Shown one piece after another: positions 1 through 10,565 of a stretch of 64,000 bases of DNA; within the stretch, counting starts at the first letter, position 1, and every line of letters begins with the position of its first letter. Position numbers and translations under genes: made by a program. The notes under the pieces were generated by a model. The model ran no database searches, had not been told where the DNA came from, and worked only from the letters and a program-made list of their open reading frames with translations. The DNA lies in the NCBI GenBank assembly GCA_019358935.1, contig JAHHIK010000014.1, positions 37,120 to 101,119 of the forward strand. Reading direction: 5' to 3'. The DNA is from Tolypothrix carrinoi HA7290-LM1. Its GTDB lineage: Bacteria > Cyanobacteriota > Cyanobacteriia > Cyanobacteriales > Nostocaceae.

Positions 1-158
1 GTGCGTATCAATTTAGCGGGTTAAATAATACTCCGTTGCAGTGTCCTAACTGTGGAGAGCAATTATTGGTGCAACAAAAACATTTTCGGCGTTTCACACC
101 AGAAGGGACAATTGATGTTACCGCAGTGGAAGTGCCAGCCCAATCGATTGAAGATTAG
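1..158 (+). CDS. 3' part of a hypothetical protein with a CPNCG zinc-ribbon-like motif (truncated by window edge)
   Basis: My translation of frame 3: AYQFSGLNNTPLQCPNCGEQLLVQQKHFRRFTPEGTIDVTAVEVPAQSIED*, stop TAG 156-158. Not in the ORF track. Confidence 0.7.
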   Translation, partial: AYQFSGLNNTPLQCPNCGEQLLVQQKHFRRFTPEGTIDVTAVEVPAQSIED

Positions 159-214
159 TCAATGGTCAAGAGTCAACAGTCATGCATCGGCTTCAGTAGA
201 CTTTTGACTTTTGA

Positions 215-646
215 CTACTTCTTTTGTTGCGAAAATGAAAGGCTATAGTTATACTGTCGTTGGGATAGCTCACCGACATATATTGAGTAATTCCCTTTTT
301 GCCAGTAACCTGAAATTTCTGGCTTGCCTCCAGAGTAACTATCCGCTAAAACACAGAAGCGCCCTCCAGGACCGTCAATCAGCAGTGTCGGCTTTCCAGC
401 GCTTTCAACTGTTAATCGCAAGTAAGGTAGTGGATCTGTAATCTGGATAACTTGATTAGGTGCAGTGGCAATGTTACCGCAATTGCTTTTTTTTTCTCCC
501 CCTGACTTGCCATTCACAATCAGTGGTTCGGGTTGGGAATTGGGTTTGATTACTACAAGTGGTGCTTCAGCCAAAGTAACATTGGTGAAAACCAAACTCA
601 TCGCCAATACTGCGGGAACAACCGTAAATAGCTTAAGCGTCTTCAT
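215..646 (-). CDS. secreted hypothetical protein (signal peptide, small beta-rich domain)
   Basis: 143-aa ORF with a Sec-type signal ending VTLA and two Cys. Confidence 0.75.
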   Translation of the reverse strand: MKTLKLFTVVPAVLAMSLVFTNVTLAEAPLVVIKPNSQPEPLIVNGKSGGEKKSNCGNIATAPNQVIQITDPLPYLRLTVESAGKPTLLIDGPGGRFCVLADSYSGGKPEISGYWQKGNYSIYVGELSQRQYNYSLSFSQQKK

Positions 647-947
647 CTGCTAATGCCCCGATTTAGATAGCGATATTGATATACATAGCTTGAGTTGGTA
701 GACACTGGCAATTGATTTTTTGTTTCTAGGTGTGGCGTATAATTTTTTCTTTGCTAAATAAATCACTACATGACTAAAGATTCAAGAAGGTAAATGCGAT
801 CGGTGATGGCGATCGCCTAAAAACCAACAACAAAAAAACATAATTTTTCCCTGAAGAGAAAGGTATTTTATACACAGAATGAGAAAATCAATTGTGATTT
901 TCAAAAATCTGTGATTTCACAAGTATCCTAGCTAAGGTAAAAAGTTT

Positions 948-1298
948 ATGAATCCTCAAAGAGAAGATGATTTGCAGCATCGCCTTCAACAACTAGAGGA
1001 AGAAATGAATTCCTCGTCTCCAAAAGTAGTTGTTGAGCAGCCAGAAGCACAAAAACAGACATCTCAGTTGAATTTTCTTGCCTGGAAGCCGCACTTAGAG
1101 AGATTTAAAATCTGGTTCAAAAGCCTTTCAGTCACGGGAAAACTTGCTGTAGGTGGCGTAAGCGTTTTATTGGGTTTGGCGATGCTGCAAGCGGTTTTCA
1201 AACTCGTTACGTCTGTTATCAGTCTGGCAGTGTTGGCAGGGTTAGTGTATCTTGGATACAAATTTTTTGTGTCCGGTAGCTTTCAACGCAAGCAATAG
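948..1298 (+). CDS. small membrane protein (N-terminal coiled coil, two TM helices)
   Basis: 116-aa ORF with a hydrophobic C-terminal half. Confidence 0.75.
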   Translation: MNPQREDDLQHRLQQLEEEMNSSSPKVVVEQPEAQKQTSQLNFLAWKPHLERFKIWFKSLSVTGKLAVGGVSVLLGLAMLQAVFKLVTSVISLAVLAGLVYLGYKFFVSGSFQRKQ

Positions 1299-1356
1299 TA
1301 TTGTTGTCATCCATAATCGATAGTGGTGTGGAAATAAACTTAAAGGGAATTATGTA

Positions 1357-3489
1357 ATGGCGATTCCAAGTGTGAGGAGAAGTAATCATCAAACTAGCCG
1401 CTCAAAAGAACCGGAAAAATCGAATTTTCTACCCTTGGGAACTAAGCGTATTGCCGCTTGGGTAGCTGAAATTACATTGGTAGTTACCAGTGGGTTGATT
1501 CCCTTCGGTATGGGTGTATACGCGAATTCTCGAAGCGATCTAGACCGAGTACCACTCAACCCGGTGCTTGTAGTCACTGAAAGAGCGATCGCTCAACCTT
1601 TGGCTCTACCTATAAGTTACGGTACGCGAAATGTAGCATGGCCCACTAATTTTTTGTGGACAGTAGCTTTGTTAGCCCCCCTGACAGTCTCTGGCTGGCA
1701 ATTATATTTACTGGCTAAAACTGGTAGCACTATTCCCAAACGTTGGTTTGGCGTTCGGGTTGTTAACGACAAAGGCGCACCTCCCGGTTTCGCGGCTGTT
1801 TTGGTGCGAGAAGGAATTGGTCGTTGGACTGTGCCCATGTCCATCGCTTATCTGGTATGGAGATACAGCTTATTCTTTCCTAATTTAAGTGTTTTTACGG
1901 GATTAATTGCTTTGCTTTGGTTGGCAGAAGGGATGGGTTTACCGTCGAAGCAGGAGCCTAGGCGGGCACTACACGATCGCTTGGCGGGTACTTACACCAT
2001 AGATGCTAATCGCCCCTTTACACCCCCGGTGTTATCAAGTAGTAATCAGCCTAGCTTGACACAAGATGAGGAACAAGCGATCGCCTTAGAATATGTCGAT
2101 CGGCTTAACCTCTGGGGACGGATGCGGCAAAACCCCAGTCTGCCTTTGTTTGGGGTAGCACTTCTCAGCATGGTTGCCGTGTTAGGAACTTTAGTAGCTA
2201 CTCAAGTTTACATCCAAACTCAGGAAACCAAGCGCGAAGCCGATCAAGGTAAAAGACAACAGTTTCTCGCACTCCAAAAACAGTTAACTCCCAACTCCAC
2301 CGCTAGCGATGAGGAACGCCGAAGTGCAATTTTAGCAATGGGTACTCTGAATAACCCGCAGGCGATGGAATTTTTGGTGAGTCTGTTGGCTAAAGAAACT
2401 AACCCTATCCTACTTGATACGATTCAACAAGCGTTAGTAAGTATTGGTCCGGAAGCCATCCCCGATTTAAAACGCATGAATCAGTTTCTTGCTGGTGAGA
2501 TGAATGCTAACAGCAACTCGCCCCAAGATAGAGAAATGCGACAAACAAAGTTACATATCAACCAGCGAGCAATTAACAAGATTTTAGCTGTCTACAGCAG
2601 TCGAATCAACAGCCTCGATCTGAGTCGCACTCAATTGGGACAAAGCGGCACTGGGAATAGTTCCAACTTCAACTTGGTATTAAACAATGTTGATTTATCG
2701 GGAATTAATTTCAAATTCGCAAATTTGAATTCTGCGAGTTTTAAAAGTAGTCGTTTCCGGGGTGCAGGTGAAGATGGACGCTGGGATACATACGACGATT
2801 CAATTGCTGATTTAAGTGGCGCTCAAATCAAACAAGCCAATCTCACCGATGCTAACCTCAGCCGCGTTTTGATGATCGGTACCGATTTGAGACGTGCTAC
2901 TCTCAACAGAGCTAATTTATCCAATGCGCGTTTGGTTAGTGCTAAACTTGGCAGCGCTCAGTTAGTGGGAGCCGATTTGCGGGGTGCAGTTTTGGAAAAT
3001 GCTAGCTTGACTGGGGCTGATTTGGGCGAAGCGAAATTAAACGAAGCCAATTTGTATGCTGCTAGTTTAAGTCGGGTGATTGCGATCGGCACGCAATTAT
3101 CTTTTGCCAACTTAACTAAAACTAATTGGCAAGGATCGGATTTATCGGGAGCTTATTTGGATCGCGCCAATCTAAGCGATGCTAACTTAAGTGCGACTCG
3201 CCTGACTGGTGCTATATTGCGATCGGCTCAGATGTCTAATGCTAATTTGCGGAATGCCGACTTGAGCCTTGCAGATTTACGGGGAGCAAATTTGGCTGGC
3301 GCTGATTTTCAGGGGGCAATTCTTGCTCCTAGCAAACAAGATCCGGCAGATCAATTTGTGCAAACGCCAGCAATGGGGGCACAATCTGCTGTAGTACAGG
3401 GAGTTGATTTTACTCAAGTCAACAATTTAGATCCCAAGCAACTGGCTTACATTTGCACTCAAGGTGGCATTCATCCTCGTTGCCCTTAG
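1357..3489 (+). CDS. hglK: RDD-domain membrane protein with HEAT-like segment and pentapeptide repeats, HglK-like
   Basis: RDD motifs (KRIAAW, PKRWFGVRVV, LHDRLAGT), TM helices and a long A(N/D)LxxA pentapeptide array. The architecture matches heterocyst glycolipid deposition protein HglK; orthology not verified. Confidence 0.65.
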   Translation: MAIPSVRRSNHQTSRSKEPEKSNFLPLGTKRIAAWVAEITLVVTSGLIPFGMGVYANSRSDLDRVPLNPVLVVTERAIAQPLALPISYGTRNVAWPTNFLWTVALLAPLTVSGWQLYLLAKTGSTIPKRWFGVRVVNDKGAPPGFAAVLVREGIGRWTVPMSIAYLVWRYSLFFPNLSVFTGLIALLWLAEGMGLPSKQEPRRALHDRLAGTYTIDANRPFTPPVLSSSNQPSLTQDEEQAIALEYVDRLNLWGRMRQNPSLPLFGVALLSMVAVLGTLVATQVYIQTQETKREADQGKRQQFLALQKQLTPNSTASDEERRSAILAMGTLNNPQAMEFLVSLLAKETNPILLDTIQQALVSIGPEAIPDLKRMNQFLAGEMNANSNSPQDREMRQTKLHINQRAINKILAVYSSRINSLDLSRTQLGQSGTGNSSNFNLVLNNVDLSGINFKFANLNSASFKSSRFRGAGEDGRWDTYDDSIADLSGAQIKQANLTDANLSRVLMIGTDLRRATLNRANLSNARLVSAKLGSAQLVGADLRGAVLENASLTGADLGEAKLNEANLYAASLSRVIAIGTQLSFANLTKTNWQGSDLSGAYLDRANLSDANLSATRLTGAILRSAQMSNANLRNADLSLADLRGANLAGADFQGAILAPSKQDPADQFVQTPAMGAQSAVVQGVDFTQVNNLDPKQLAYICTQGGIHPRCP

Positions 3490-3708
3490 GGGGAGATGGG
3501 GGGACAAGGGAGACAAGGGAGACAAGGGAGACAACGGAGACAACGGAGACAACGGAGACAACGGAGACAACGGAGACAAGGGAGATAGAGAAGTAAGTTT
3601 CTTCCTAGTCTCCTTATCCCTGCCCCCCTGCCCCCCTGCCCCCCTGCCCTCCTTGTCCCCCTTGTCCTCCTTGTCCTCCTTGTCCCCCTGCCCCCCTCCC
3701 CCTGCCCT
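3490..3708. repeat. STRR-type tandem repeats (GGAGACAAG/C 9-mers, then inverted CCTTGTCCY units)
   Basis: Directly visible; the two arms are mutually complementary. Confidence 0.9.
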
Positions 3709-3812
3709 TTTTGCCGGCAAATTTGCTACATTTTGCCAAATACTACAAACAAACGTGCCGATTTTTGCCAAGATAATATTATTTCCCAAAAAGTCACTGG
3801 GCAATAATCGGC

Positions 3813-4544
3813 ATGAGTGAAAAATCCATAGAAAGCGGCGGGAAGGCTTTTCTCGCTCTACTTTTGCCAATCTCTTTTTTAATTATTTTCCTGGTTTCCA
3901 CCTGGCGAGTTTTGCTGGGTGTTATTTTGCTGATAGCTGGTTTTAATCTTTGGCAGCGCTATAAATGGCAAAAGTGGTGTCAAGAAGTTAACCCGATTTT
4001 CAATAAAATGATTCGGGAAAGCCAGGGCAGAATTACGCCAATGGATTTGGCAATGAAGGGCAATTTTTCTGGGCAAACGGCAAAACGTTATCTAGATACT
4101 AAAGCCACGGAATTTGGCGCTAGCATTTTGAATGAAGACAGCAGTCCGGTCTATCATTTCATCACTGGTAGCATTCTCGGCAGCATACTTGATAGTAGTG
4201 AGCCAATTAAAGAACTTGCATCTTTACCTGTTGCCATTAATGCACAATTACTGGCAGCACCGTTACCTGAGGTACAAAAGGAAAAAGCAGAAGCTGAATC
4301 ATTAACACAAACAACTACAGAGGAAGTGAAAAAACCTCTGGAAAAACAGTTAGTTTTTGGCTCTCTCATTCAATCGGAACTGGCTAAACGGCTAAATGTT
4401 TATTCCAGTACGGTATATAAGCGACGAAACGATCCAGATTTTTCTGAGTGGAGTCGCAGCAGAGATCCGGATGGGATTGCTTGGAGTTTTTCCCGGACAA
4501 ATAAGGAGTTTTTCCCGTTGGAGGAAGAAGGGAGTAGAAAGTAG
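3813..4544 (+). CDS. hypothetical membrane protein
   Basis: 243-aa ORF with two N-terminal TM helices and a C-terminal HTH-like segment (QSELAKRLNVYSSTV). Confidence 0.8.
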   Translation: MSEKSIESGGKAFLALLLPISFLIIFLVSTWRVLLGVILLIAGFNLWQRYKWQKWCQEVNPIFNKMIRESQGRITPMDLAMKGNFSGQTAKRYLDTKATEFGASILNEDSSPVYHFITGSILGSILDSSEPIKELASLPVAINAQLLAAPLPEVQKEKAEAESLTQTTTEEVKKPLEKQLVFGSLIQSELAKRLNVYSSTVYKRRNDPDFSEWSRSRDPDGIAWSFSRTNKEFFPLEEEGSRK

Positions 4545-4600
4545 GGAATAGGGAGTAGGGGCTAGGGGCTGGGGGCTGGGGGCTAGTAAGAAGTTACAAT

Positions 4601-4700
4601 TTAATAATTTAAAGGCAAAAGTAATTTTGACTTTCCAGCTTCTAGCCTAAGCGCCTAAGCGCCCCTTAATAATTAAAAGGCAAAAGTAATTTTGACTTTC
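4601..4700. repeat. ~35-bp direct repeat between convergent genes
   Basis: TTAATAATTWAAAGGCAAAAGTAATTTTGACTTTC at about 4601 and 4666. Confidence 0.8.
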
Positions 4701-5848
4701 TAGCCCCTAGCCTCTAGCCCTAACCCCTCTTTTCCCACGGCTTCGGAGATGGAATTTAGTCCGTTTTGTTCTAATTTGGAAAGCAAGCCTTGAAGAATAC
4801 GGCGTACCATAAAGGGACCTTCGTAAATCCAGCCTGTGTAAACTTGGATGAGACTAGCGCCAGCAGTAATTTTTTCCCAAGCGTCTTCTGGGGAAAAGAT
4901 GCCGCCAACGCCGATTATCGGCATTTGACCTTGGGTTTGCGCGGCAATAAAGCGAATTATTTCTGTGGAGCGATCGCCTAATGGCACACCACTAATTCCA
5001 CCCGCTTCTTCAGTGACAGGTTTGCCGGTTTGGTCAATAACCTGCGTTTTCAGTCGATCGCGCCGGATGGTCGTATTAGTGGCAATAATCCCCGCCAGCT
5101 GGTATGTCTGAGCCAGGGAAATTATATCAGCGATCGCTTCCCATTCTAAATCTGGTGCTATCTTGACAAAAATAGGTTTTTGTGCAGTGTTTTCTTTTTG
5201 CAAGAGATCCAAGATAGAACTAAGCATAGCGGCATCTTGAAGCGATCGCAACCCTGGCGTATTCGGCGAAGATACATTAACAACAAAATAATCTCCACAA
5301 TTCTTAAGTAAGCGAAAACTGTTGAGATAATCACATGCAGCTTCTTCTAAGGGTGTTACCTTAGATTTGCCCAAATTTACACCTATTGGTATTGAGATTA
5401 AATTCTGCTGGCTTTCTGCCAAAAGTTTTGCGATCGCTGCCGCACCACTATTATTAAAACCCATGCGGTTAAGAGCGGCTTTATCCAACGGCAAACGAAA
5501 CAAACGAGGACGGGGATTTCCTGGCTGTGGGTGGTAAGTGACAGTTCCTAGTTCGGCAAAGCCAAAACCCAAACTCGACCAAATAGCAGCAGCAACTCCA
5601 TCCTTATCAAATCCAGCAGCTAACCCAAGAGGATTTGGGAAATTTAGCCCAAATAAAGTTTGTTCTAAACGTGTATCCTGAAGACACAAAGACTGCTGTA
5701 AGCGGTGATGTATCCAACTAGCGGGTGGATTATTGCTTGTTTGCGACAGCCATTTGAAACTGCGAATCGTTGTGGAGTGTAACCACTCTGGATCGGCTTT
5801 TACCAGATTAAATAAAAGAGGACGAATAGCAACTTGATAAATATCCAT
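4700..5848 (-). CDS. pyrD: quinone-dependent dihydroorotate dehydrogenase (class 2)
   Basis: Motifs [36 protein letters not shown]. Confidence 0.97.
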   Translation of the reverse strand: MDIYQVAIRPLLFNLVKADPEWLHSTTIRSFKWLSQTSNNPPASWIHHRLQQSLCLQDTRLEQTLFGLNFPNPLGLAAGFDKDGVAAAIWSSLGFGFAELGTVTYHPQPGNPRPRLFRLPLDKAALNRMGFNNSGAAAIAKLLAESQQNLISIPIGVNLGKSKVTPLEEAACDYLNSFRLLKNCGDYFVVNVSSPNTPGLRSLQDAAMLSSILDLLQKENTAQKPIFVKIAPDLEWEAIADIISLAQTYQLAGIIATNTTIRRDRLKTQVIDQTGKPVTEEAGGISGVPLGDRSTEIIRFIAAQTQGQMPIIGVGGIFSPEDAWEKITAGASLIQVYTGWIYEGPFMVRRILQGLLSKLEQNGLNSISEAVGKEGLGLEARG

Positions 5849-6057
5849 TTCAATCCCTGATAGGGATTAACATACAACAGCCTGCTTTTTTATCTGTTAA
5901 ACCCGGATATTTTGAGTTTATCAAAATTTTACCACTTTATAATAACGAGAATTACTTTAATTTCCCATAACTGGAGTGCAAGCACTAGTTGCAATATTAG
6001 TCTGAGTGCTTTTCTGGGCATCCTATATATTACAAGCTATATTGACTCATAATTTAG

Positions 6058-8916
6058 ATGGCGCAGAACCAAAAACCTATAGTCGCCGAATCACAAATTT
6101 TTTCCTTGGGTCGCGTCCTGCAAAGCCTTAGGGAAGAAGATAATGTTGACGTTCTGATTGAAACTACTATTTCTTATCTAAAAGAGCAATTTGACTTTAA
6201 ATTGATTTGGATTGCTCTTTACGACAGACTTAATCATATATTGTTTGGTAAAGGAGGCTTCACGCCAGGTAATGACACCACTGTTTTACAACAGCGCGTG
6301 GTTCTCAGTCCTGGAGATTTATCAGAGCAAGTAGTAATTGAACAGCGTGCGTTGGGTGTAGCCGATTTGCGAGCCGAAAATAGAGCGGAGGAATGGCAGG
6401 AATTAGCAAGAAAATACAACATTCAAGGAACAATTTTTTTGCCAATTCGTTATAAAGACCGTTGTTTGGGTGTGGTGTTGCTGGGTTCAGAACTTTGGGG
6501 TTACTTGCTGGGGGGGGAAGACAAAGCAAAGCTATCAATAGTTTTAAGCGAACTGGGAGCAGAACTGTATCAAAGTGAGATTAATTTGCAGCATCAGCAA
6601 ATTAAGCGTCTCGACGAGCCTTTGATTAAATTGTTGGAGCGAGTGCAAACTTTAAATAACTTAGAGCCAAGGTTAGAAGCAGTAGTGCAAGCGACTCATC
6701 AATTTGTTTCTCCCACCCGCACCAATATTTACTGGTTTGAGCGAGAAGGACGCTACTTTTGGCGACGGGTGAGCAATCAATCAAAGAGCATTAGCCATAC
6801 TAACAATCAGCAAGCTGCGGGAATTACGGTACAGGAGTTTAGCGATTTTTACTACGCTTTATCGGTCAATCAAATTGTCTCGATTGGCGAGGCGCGTAGT
6901 TCTCTCAAAAGTAATTTTACCGGAAAGTTGCTGCAACGGCTGCGAGTGCGATCGCTTTTGGCAGCTCCTATCATCTGGCAAAAAGATTTGCTTGGCTTTT
7001 TAACGGTGGAAGCGAATGAAGCGCGAATTTGGACGGAAGCTGAGACAAATTTCCTTAAAAGTGCTGCTGGGTTAATTTCTCTAGTTGCTCCCACCCAAAG
7101 CATGGAAAGTACTATCAATCAAATTCAACTTGATTCTCAGCTAACTAGCCAAGTTGCCCAAGCTATTTATAGTAATCGCGATCTGGAAGAAATTTTACGC
7201 AACTGTGCGGCAAAAGTTTTGCAGCGCTTAGAGGCAACTTGGTTTTTACTCTTACAGTACAACCCAGACCAAAATAATTATCAATTTATTTACCAAAGCC
7301 AGCTTGTTAATCGCCGATGTTTGACATTTACTCTCGATGCTCTCAAAGAAGTTGATTCACAGCTTTTGCAACGTGCTACGGTAGCAGTGGGGATAGAAAA
7401 CTTTGAGGAAGATTTGCGGTTTTTTAACTGGCGTTCTCTGTTGCTGGAAAATAACGTGCGATCGCTTTTAATTAGTAATTGTACTGCCAAACATGCACCA
7501 GAAGCGCTTTTAATAATTGCTCACGAAGCCAACCGCGCTTGGACAACTTTAGAAAAAGAGCTTTTGCAAATTGTCGCTCAACAAATTGGTGCGATTGTCC
7601 GTCAGTGGCAGTTACAGGCAAATACCCACCATCAGCAACAAATTTTACAAACCTTTCAGCAATGTTTTCGGATTACGGAACAGGCATACGCCACAGCCGA
7701 AGTAGAAGAAAAGCATCTAGAACGTACAGGGCTACAACAAATCGCATCTCTTCTCGGTTGTCCTTTGGCGATACTATTATCTTGGTCGCCCGGTCAGCGT
7801 GTTGCAGAAATTATACCTGGGGTAATTGCTAATAATCGGTTTGCGATCGCTCTTGATGCACCCGTCTTAATTCAAACAGAGGTTTTGATTCAGTGGGCAC
7901 TTGCTACAGATGGTCTATTGACTCTGAGCGTGAGTGATTTACCACCTGATACTAAGAAATGGTTAAATGGTGCTGACATCGGTCAAATTTTGGTGATGGC
8001 ATTACGTACCAGTCCTGATTATCAACCTACAGGTGTAGTGTTGATGGCTGACTATTTAGAACGGCGCTGGTCAGAACAAAGTCTTTATACCACAGAAACG
8101 TTAGTTTGTCAACTAGCTTGGTCGCGGCGATGGTTGCAAATTACTGAAAGTCTTGAATCGACAACAGAGGAATTACAACAACTCAATTGGTACAAACATC
8201 GTCGTTTAGAAGACATTCAAAGAACGACAACGTTGTTACTCGGTCAAATTCATGATTTGGGGGTTCCGGCTACGGAACTGGCTCAAATGCGCTGTCAGCA
8301 ACTGCTGCGGCAATTAGATCATACAACCGCCTCGATGACAGGACTGTTAAAGCTGGAGCAGTGGCAGTTGGTTTTTAGCTGTGAAACAATGCCAATAGCT
8401 AGTTTGTTCAAGCGATCGCTCGAACGAATTGATAATTTAATTAAACAGCACAAGTTGTGGGTAAGCGTGCATGGTTTAGGGCAATCTATTGGCATTCAAG
8501 AGTCAGAACAAAGCGGTTTAGTTCAGTCTACAGGAAAAACCACAATAGCGATCGCTGGCGACATCGTGAAAATAGAATTAATTCTGCATGAATTGTTGCT
8601 CGGAGCATGTCATCGTTCTCCAAGTGGTGGCAGAATTGATATTTGGTGTCGCCGTTTAGATGAGCGCTTCTTAGAAGTATCAATTACAGATAATGGCATC
8701 ATTGACGCACAGCTACTCCAAGAACTACACCCAGATAGACCCAAAGATTTGCTTGCTTTCTCAAACCTCAATCAACCACCAGGTTTGCACCTGCTGATTT
8801 GCCAAAACCTTATGCAAAAACTAGGCGGAGAATTGCAAATTTATCAATTACCAGATAATCGAGTAGTCAGCCGCTTATTGTTGCCTTTAACTTGTGGCAA
8901 TGATTTGTCATATTAA
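6058..8916 (+). CDS. multi-GAF sensor with degenerate histidine-kinase-like C-terminus
   Basis: Several GAF-like segments (LPIRYKDRCLGVVLL, APIIWQKDLLGFL) and a HATPase-like tail (ITDNG). Confidence 0.85.
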   Translation: MAQNQKPIVAESQIFSLGRVLQSLREEDNVDVLIETTISYLKEQFDFKLIWIALYDRLNHILFGKGGFTPGNDTTVLQQRVVLSPGDLSEQVVIEQRALGVADLRAENRAEEWQELARKYNIQGTIFLPIRYKDRCLGVVLLGSELWGYLLGGEDKAKLSIVLSELGAELYQSEINLQHQQIKRLDEPLIKLLERVQTLNNLEPRLEAVVQATHQFVSPTRTNIYWFEREGRYFWRRVSNQSKSISHTNNQQAAGITVQEFSDFYYALSVNQIVSIGEARSSLKSNFTGKLLQRLRVRSLLAAPIIWQKDLLGFLTVEANEARIWTEAETNFLKSAAGLISLVAPTQSMESTINQIQLDSQLTSQVAQAIYSNRDLEEILRNCAAKVLQRLEATWFLLLQYNPDQNNYQFIYQSQLVNRRCLTFTLDALKEVDSQLLQRATVAVGIENFEEDLRFFNWRSLLLENNVRSLLISNCTAKHAPEALLIIAHEANRAWTTLEKELLQIVAQQIGAIVRQWQLQANTHHQQQILQTFQQCFRITEQAYATAEVEEKHLERTGLQQIASLLGCPLAILLSWSPGQRVAEIIPGVIANNRFAIALDAPVLIQTEVLIQWALATDGLLTLSVSDLPPDTKKWLNGADIGQILVMALRTSPDYQPTGVVLMADYLERRWSEQSLYTTETLVCQLAWSRRWLQITESLESTTEELQQLNWYKHRRLEDIQRTTTLLLGQIHDLGVPATELAQMRCQQLLRQLDHTTASMTGLLKLEQWQLVFSCETMPIASLFKRSLERIDNLIKQHKLWVSVHGLGQSIGIQESEQSGLVQSTGKTTIAIAGDIVKIELILHELLLGACHRSPSGGRIDIWCRRLDERFLEVSITDNGIIDAQLLQELHPDRPKDLLAFSNLNQPPGLHLLICQNLMQKLGGELQIYQLPDNRVVSRLLLPLTCGNDLSY

Positions 8917-9293
8917 ATTGCACATTTAAACATGAAACTGCAAAGCTTCAATCCTCAGCTTTTGTAAATATTAACCCTGATTAATTAATTTAATAAAAGA
9001 CAACAAAACAATTATAAGTTTTCAAGAGGTATAACCCAAGCTAATTTAACGCCGTGTGCGACTTTTTCTCAAACCTAACCCCCAATCCCCTTCCCTGTAT
9101 AGAGAATGGGGAGAACTCAAAGCCTCTCCCAGTAATAAAAGCTGCTCCTCTTCCCTCCCCTCTTAGGGGAGGGTTAGGGAGGGGTAGGGGAGAGGAATGG
9201 AAGTGAGGTCAAAAGAATAAGTTGCACCGAACCGTAATTTATTACAATTTGAGTCTTAACACCAAGCCTATTGGCTTTTAAGGTGTAACTTTT

Positions 9294-10563
9294 TCACTTT
9301 TTACGGGACATTCCACATATACTGAGCGACCACCAAGCGATGTGCGTAAACTGGGCGCACTCAAACCAGGTAAAAGTAAACACGAGGTAGGTGACTACTA
9401 CTGCCGAAATCCCCCGGTAAGGAGAATTGATAACCTCTACCAGACAGAATCCTATCAGTGCTAAGTAGGGTATTAGTCCTAGAAATCCTACGGATAAAGT
9501 TGTATCTAAAATTAGATTGTGTGCTTTGGTTGTGCGTAGCGGTTCCGTGCGGAGGAGTCCATTCTTGGCTTGAAAGTCAAAAGTGAAGTCACCCAAGCGA
9601 ATTACTTTTACGAGTGATTTGCGATATTGTATCTCTGGGTAAGCTGCACCGAATCCATTAAAGCCCCATCCGAGTAAGGGACGCTTTTGAATGCCGAGGG
9701 ATGATAGTTCCCATAGATGCACGCGGTCAGATGTAATTTGTTTGATTAGAGGTAAGTTATTAAGGTGGCGGGTGGTAGTGCTAATACTGATTATTAACAG
9801 ACACGCTAATGCAGCAGGAAGTATCAACTTATAATGTTTGCGTCCAAGCAGATAAGCAATTGCAACCATACAGGCTAATAATCCTGCCCTGTTTTGAGTT
9901 AGCAGCAGTGCTGGGATAATTAAGACAGCAGCAATTAGTGCGTGGAGTGTGTTTATCCACTTCCACTGCCAACCGACAAGCGTCATAACTGCCACTGCTG
10001 CGAGGACAAATGATGCATGTCCGCGATGGGAATACAAACCGATTGGTTGGTGTCCCTGGAAAATGGTACTGGCGAGGATATTGTCTTGCATCAATTGCCC
10101 ACTTGTGGCAGTATAATCGATACGCCAATTAATCACCTGGGGGAAAATGCTCAGGGCTAGGATGACTCCGCCAATCACGCGCACCGATTAGTTGCGATCG
10201 CGCTAGTTCTGGATAAAGTCTTAGCAGTAGGGCATTGCTGAGGGTGAAGACGGCAATTAGCAGCCAGTAAAGTCAGCCATCACCCATCTGTTCTTGTCCG
10301 AGTAGGGAACGTAAGGGGTAGGGACTAGTGAGGGTTGAGATAAGCCCAATTCCTAAGAATATTTCCCACAGCAGTCTGGTAATTTTCCAACTTTGGGGAA
10401 TTTTTAGGGCGTCTCTTTTTTCCCACAGATAAAGAAAATTGAGTATGCAGATTAGGAGGATGGCGAATACTTTTGGCTGTGTCCAGATTTCCCCGCGCAT
10501 TGTACCAATTGGGTTAATGAGAATGATGCTAAGGGAAAATAGCAGGGTGTAAAGACGGTTCAC
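9294..10563 (-). pseudogene. O-antigen ligase / O-oligosaccharyltransferase family membrane protein, disrupted
   Basis: Wzy_C-like motifs (TQNRAG, RVHLW, PLLGWG, KAHNLILD). In-frame TGA at 10273-10275 (GDG*LYWL), after which the frame stays open, then a frameshift near 10180. Confidence 0.85.
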
Positions 10564-10565
10564 GG

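Noticed and set aside
3427..3870. ORFs 3427..3870 (-) and 3464..3820 (+)
   Set aside because: Translations of STRR repeats (GDK/SPL runs) overlapping real genes.
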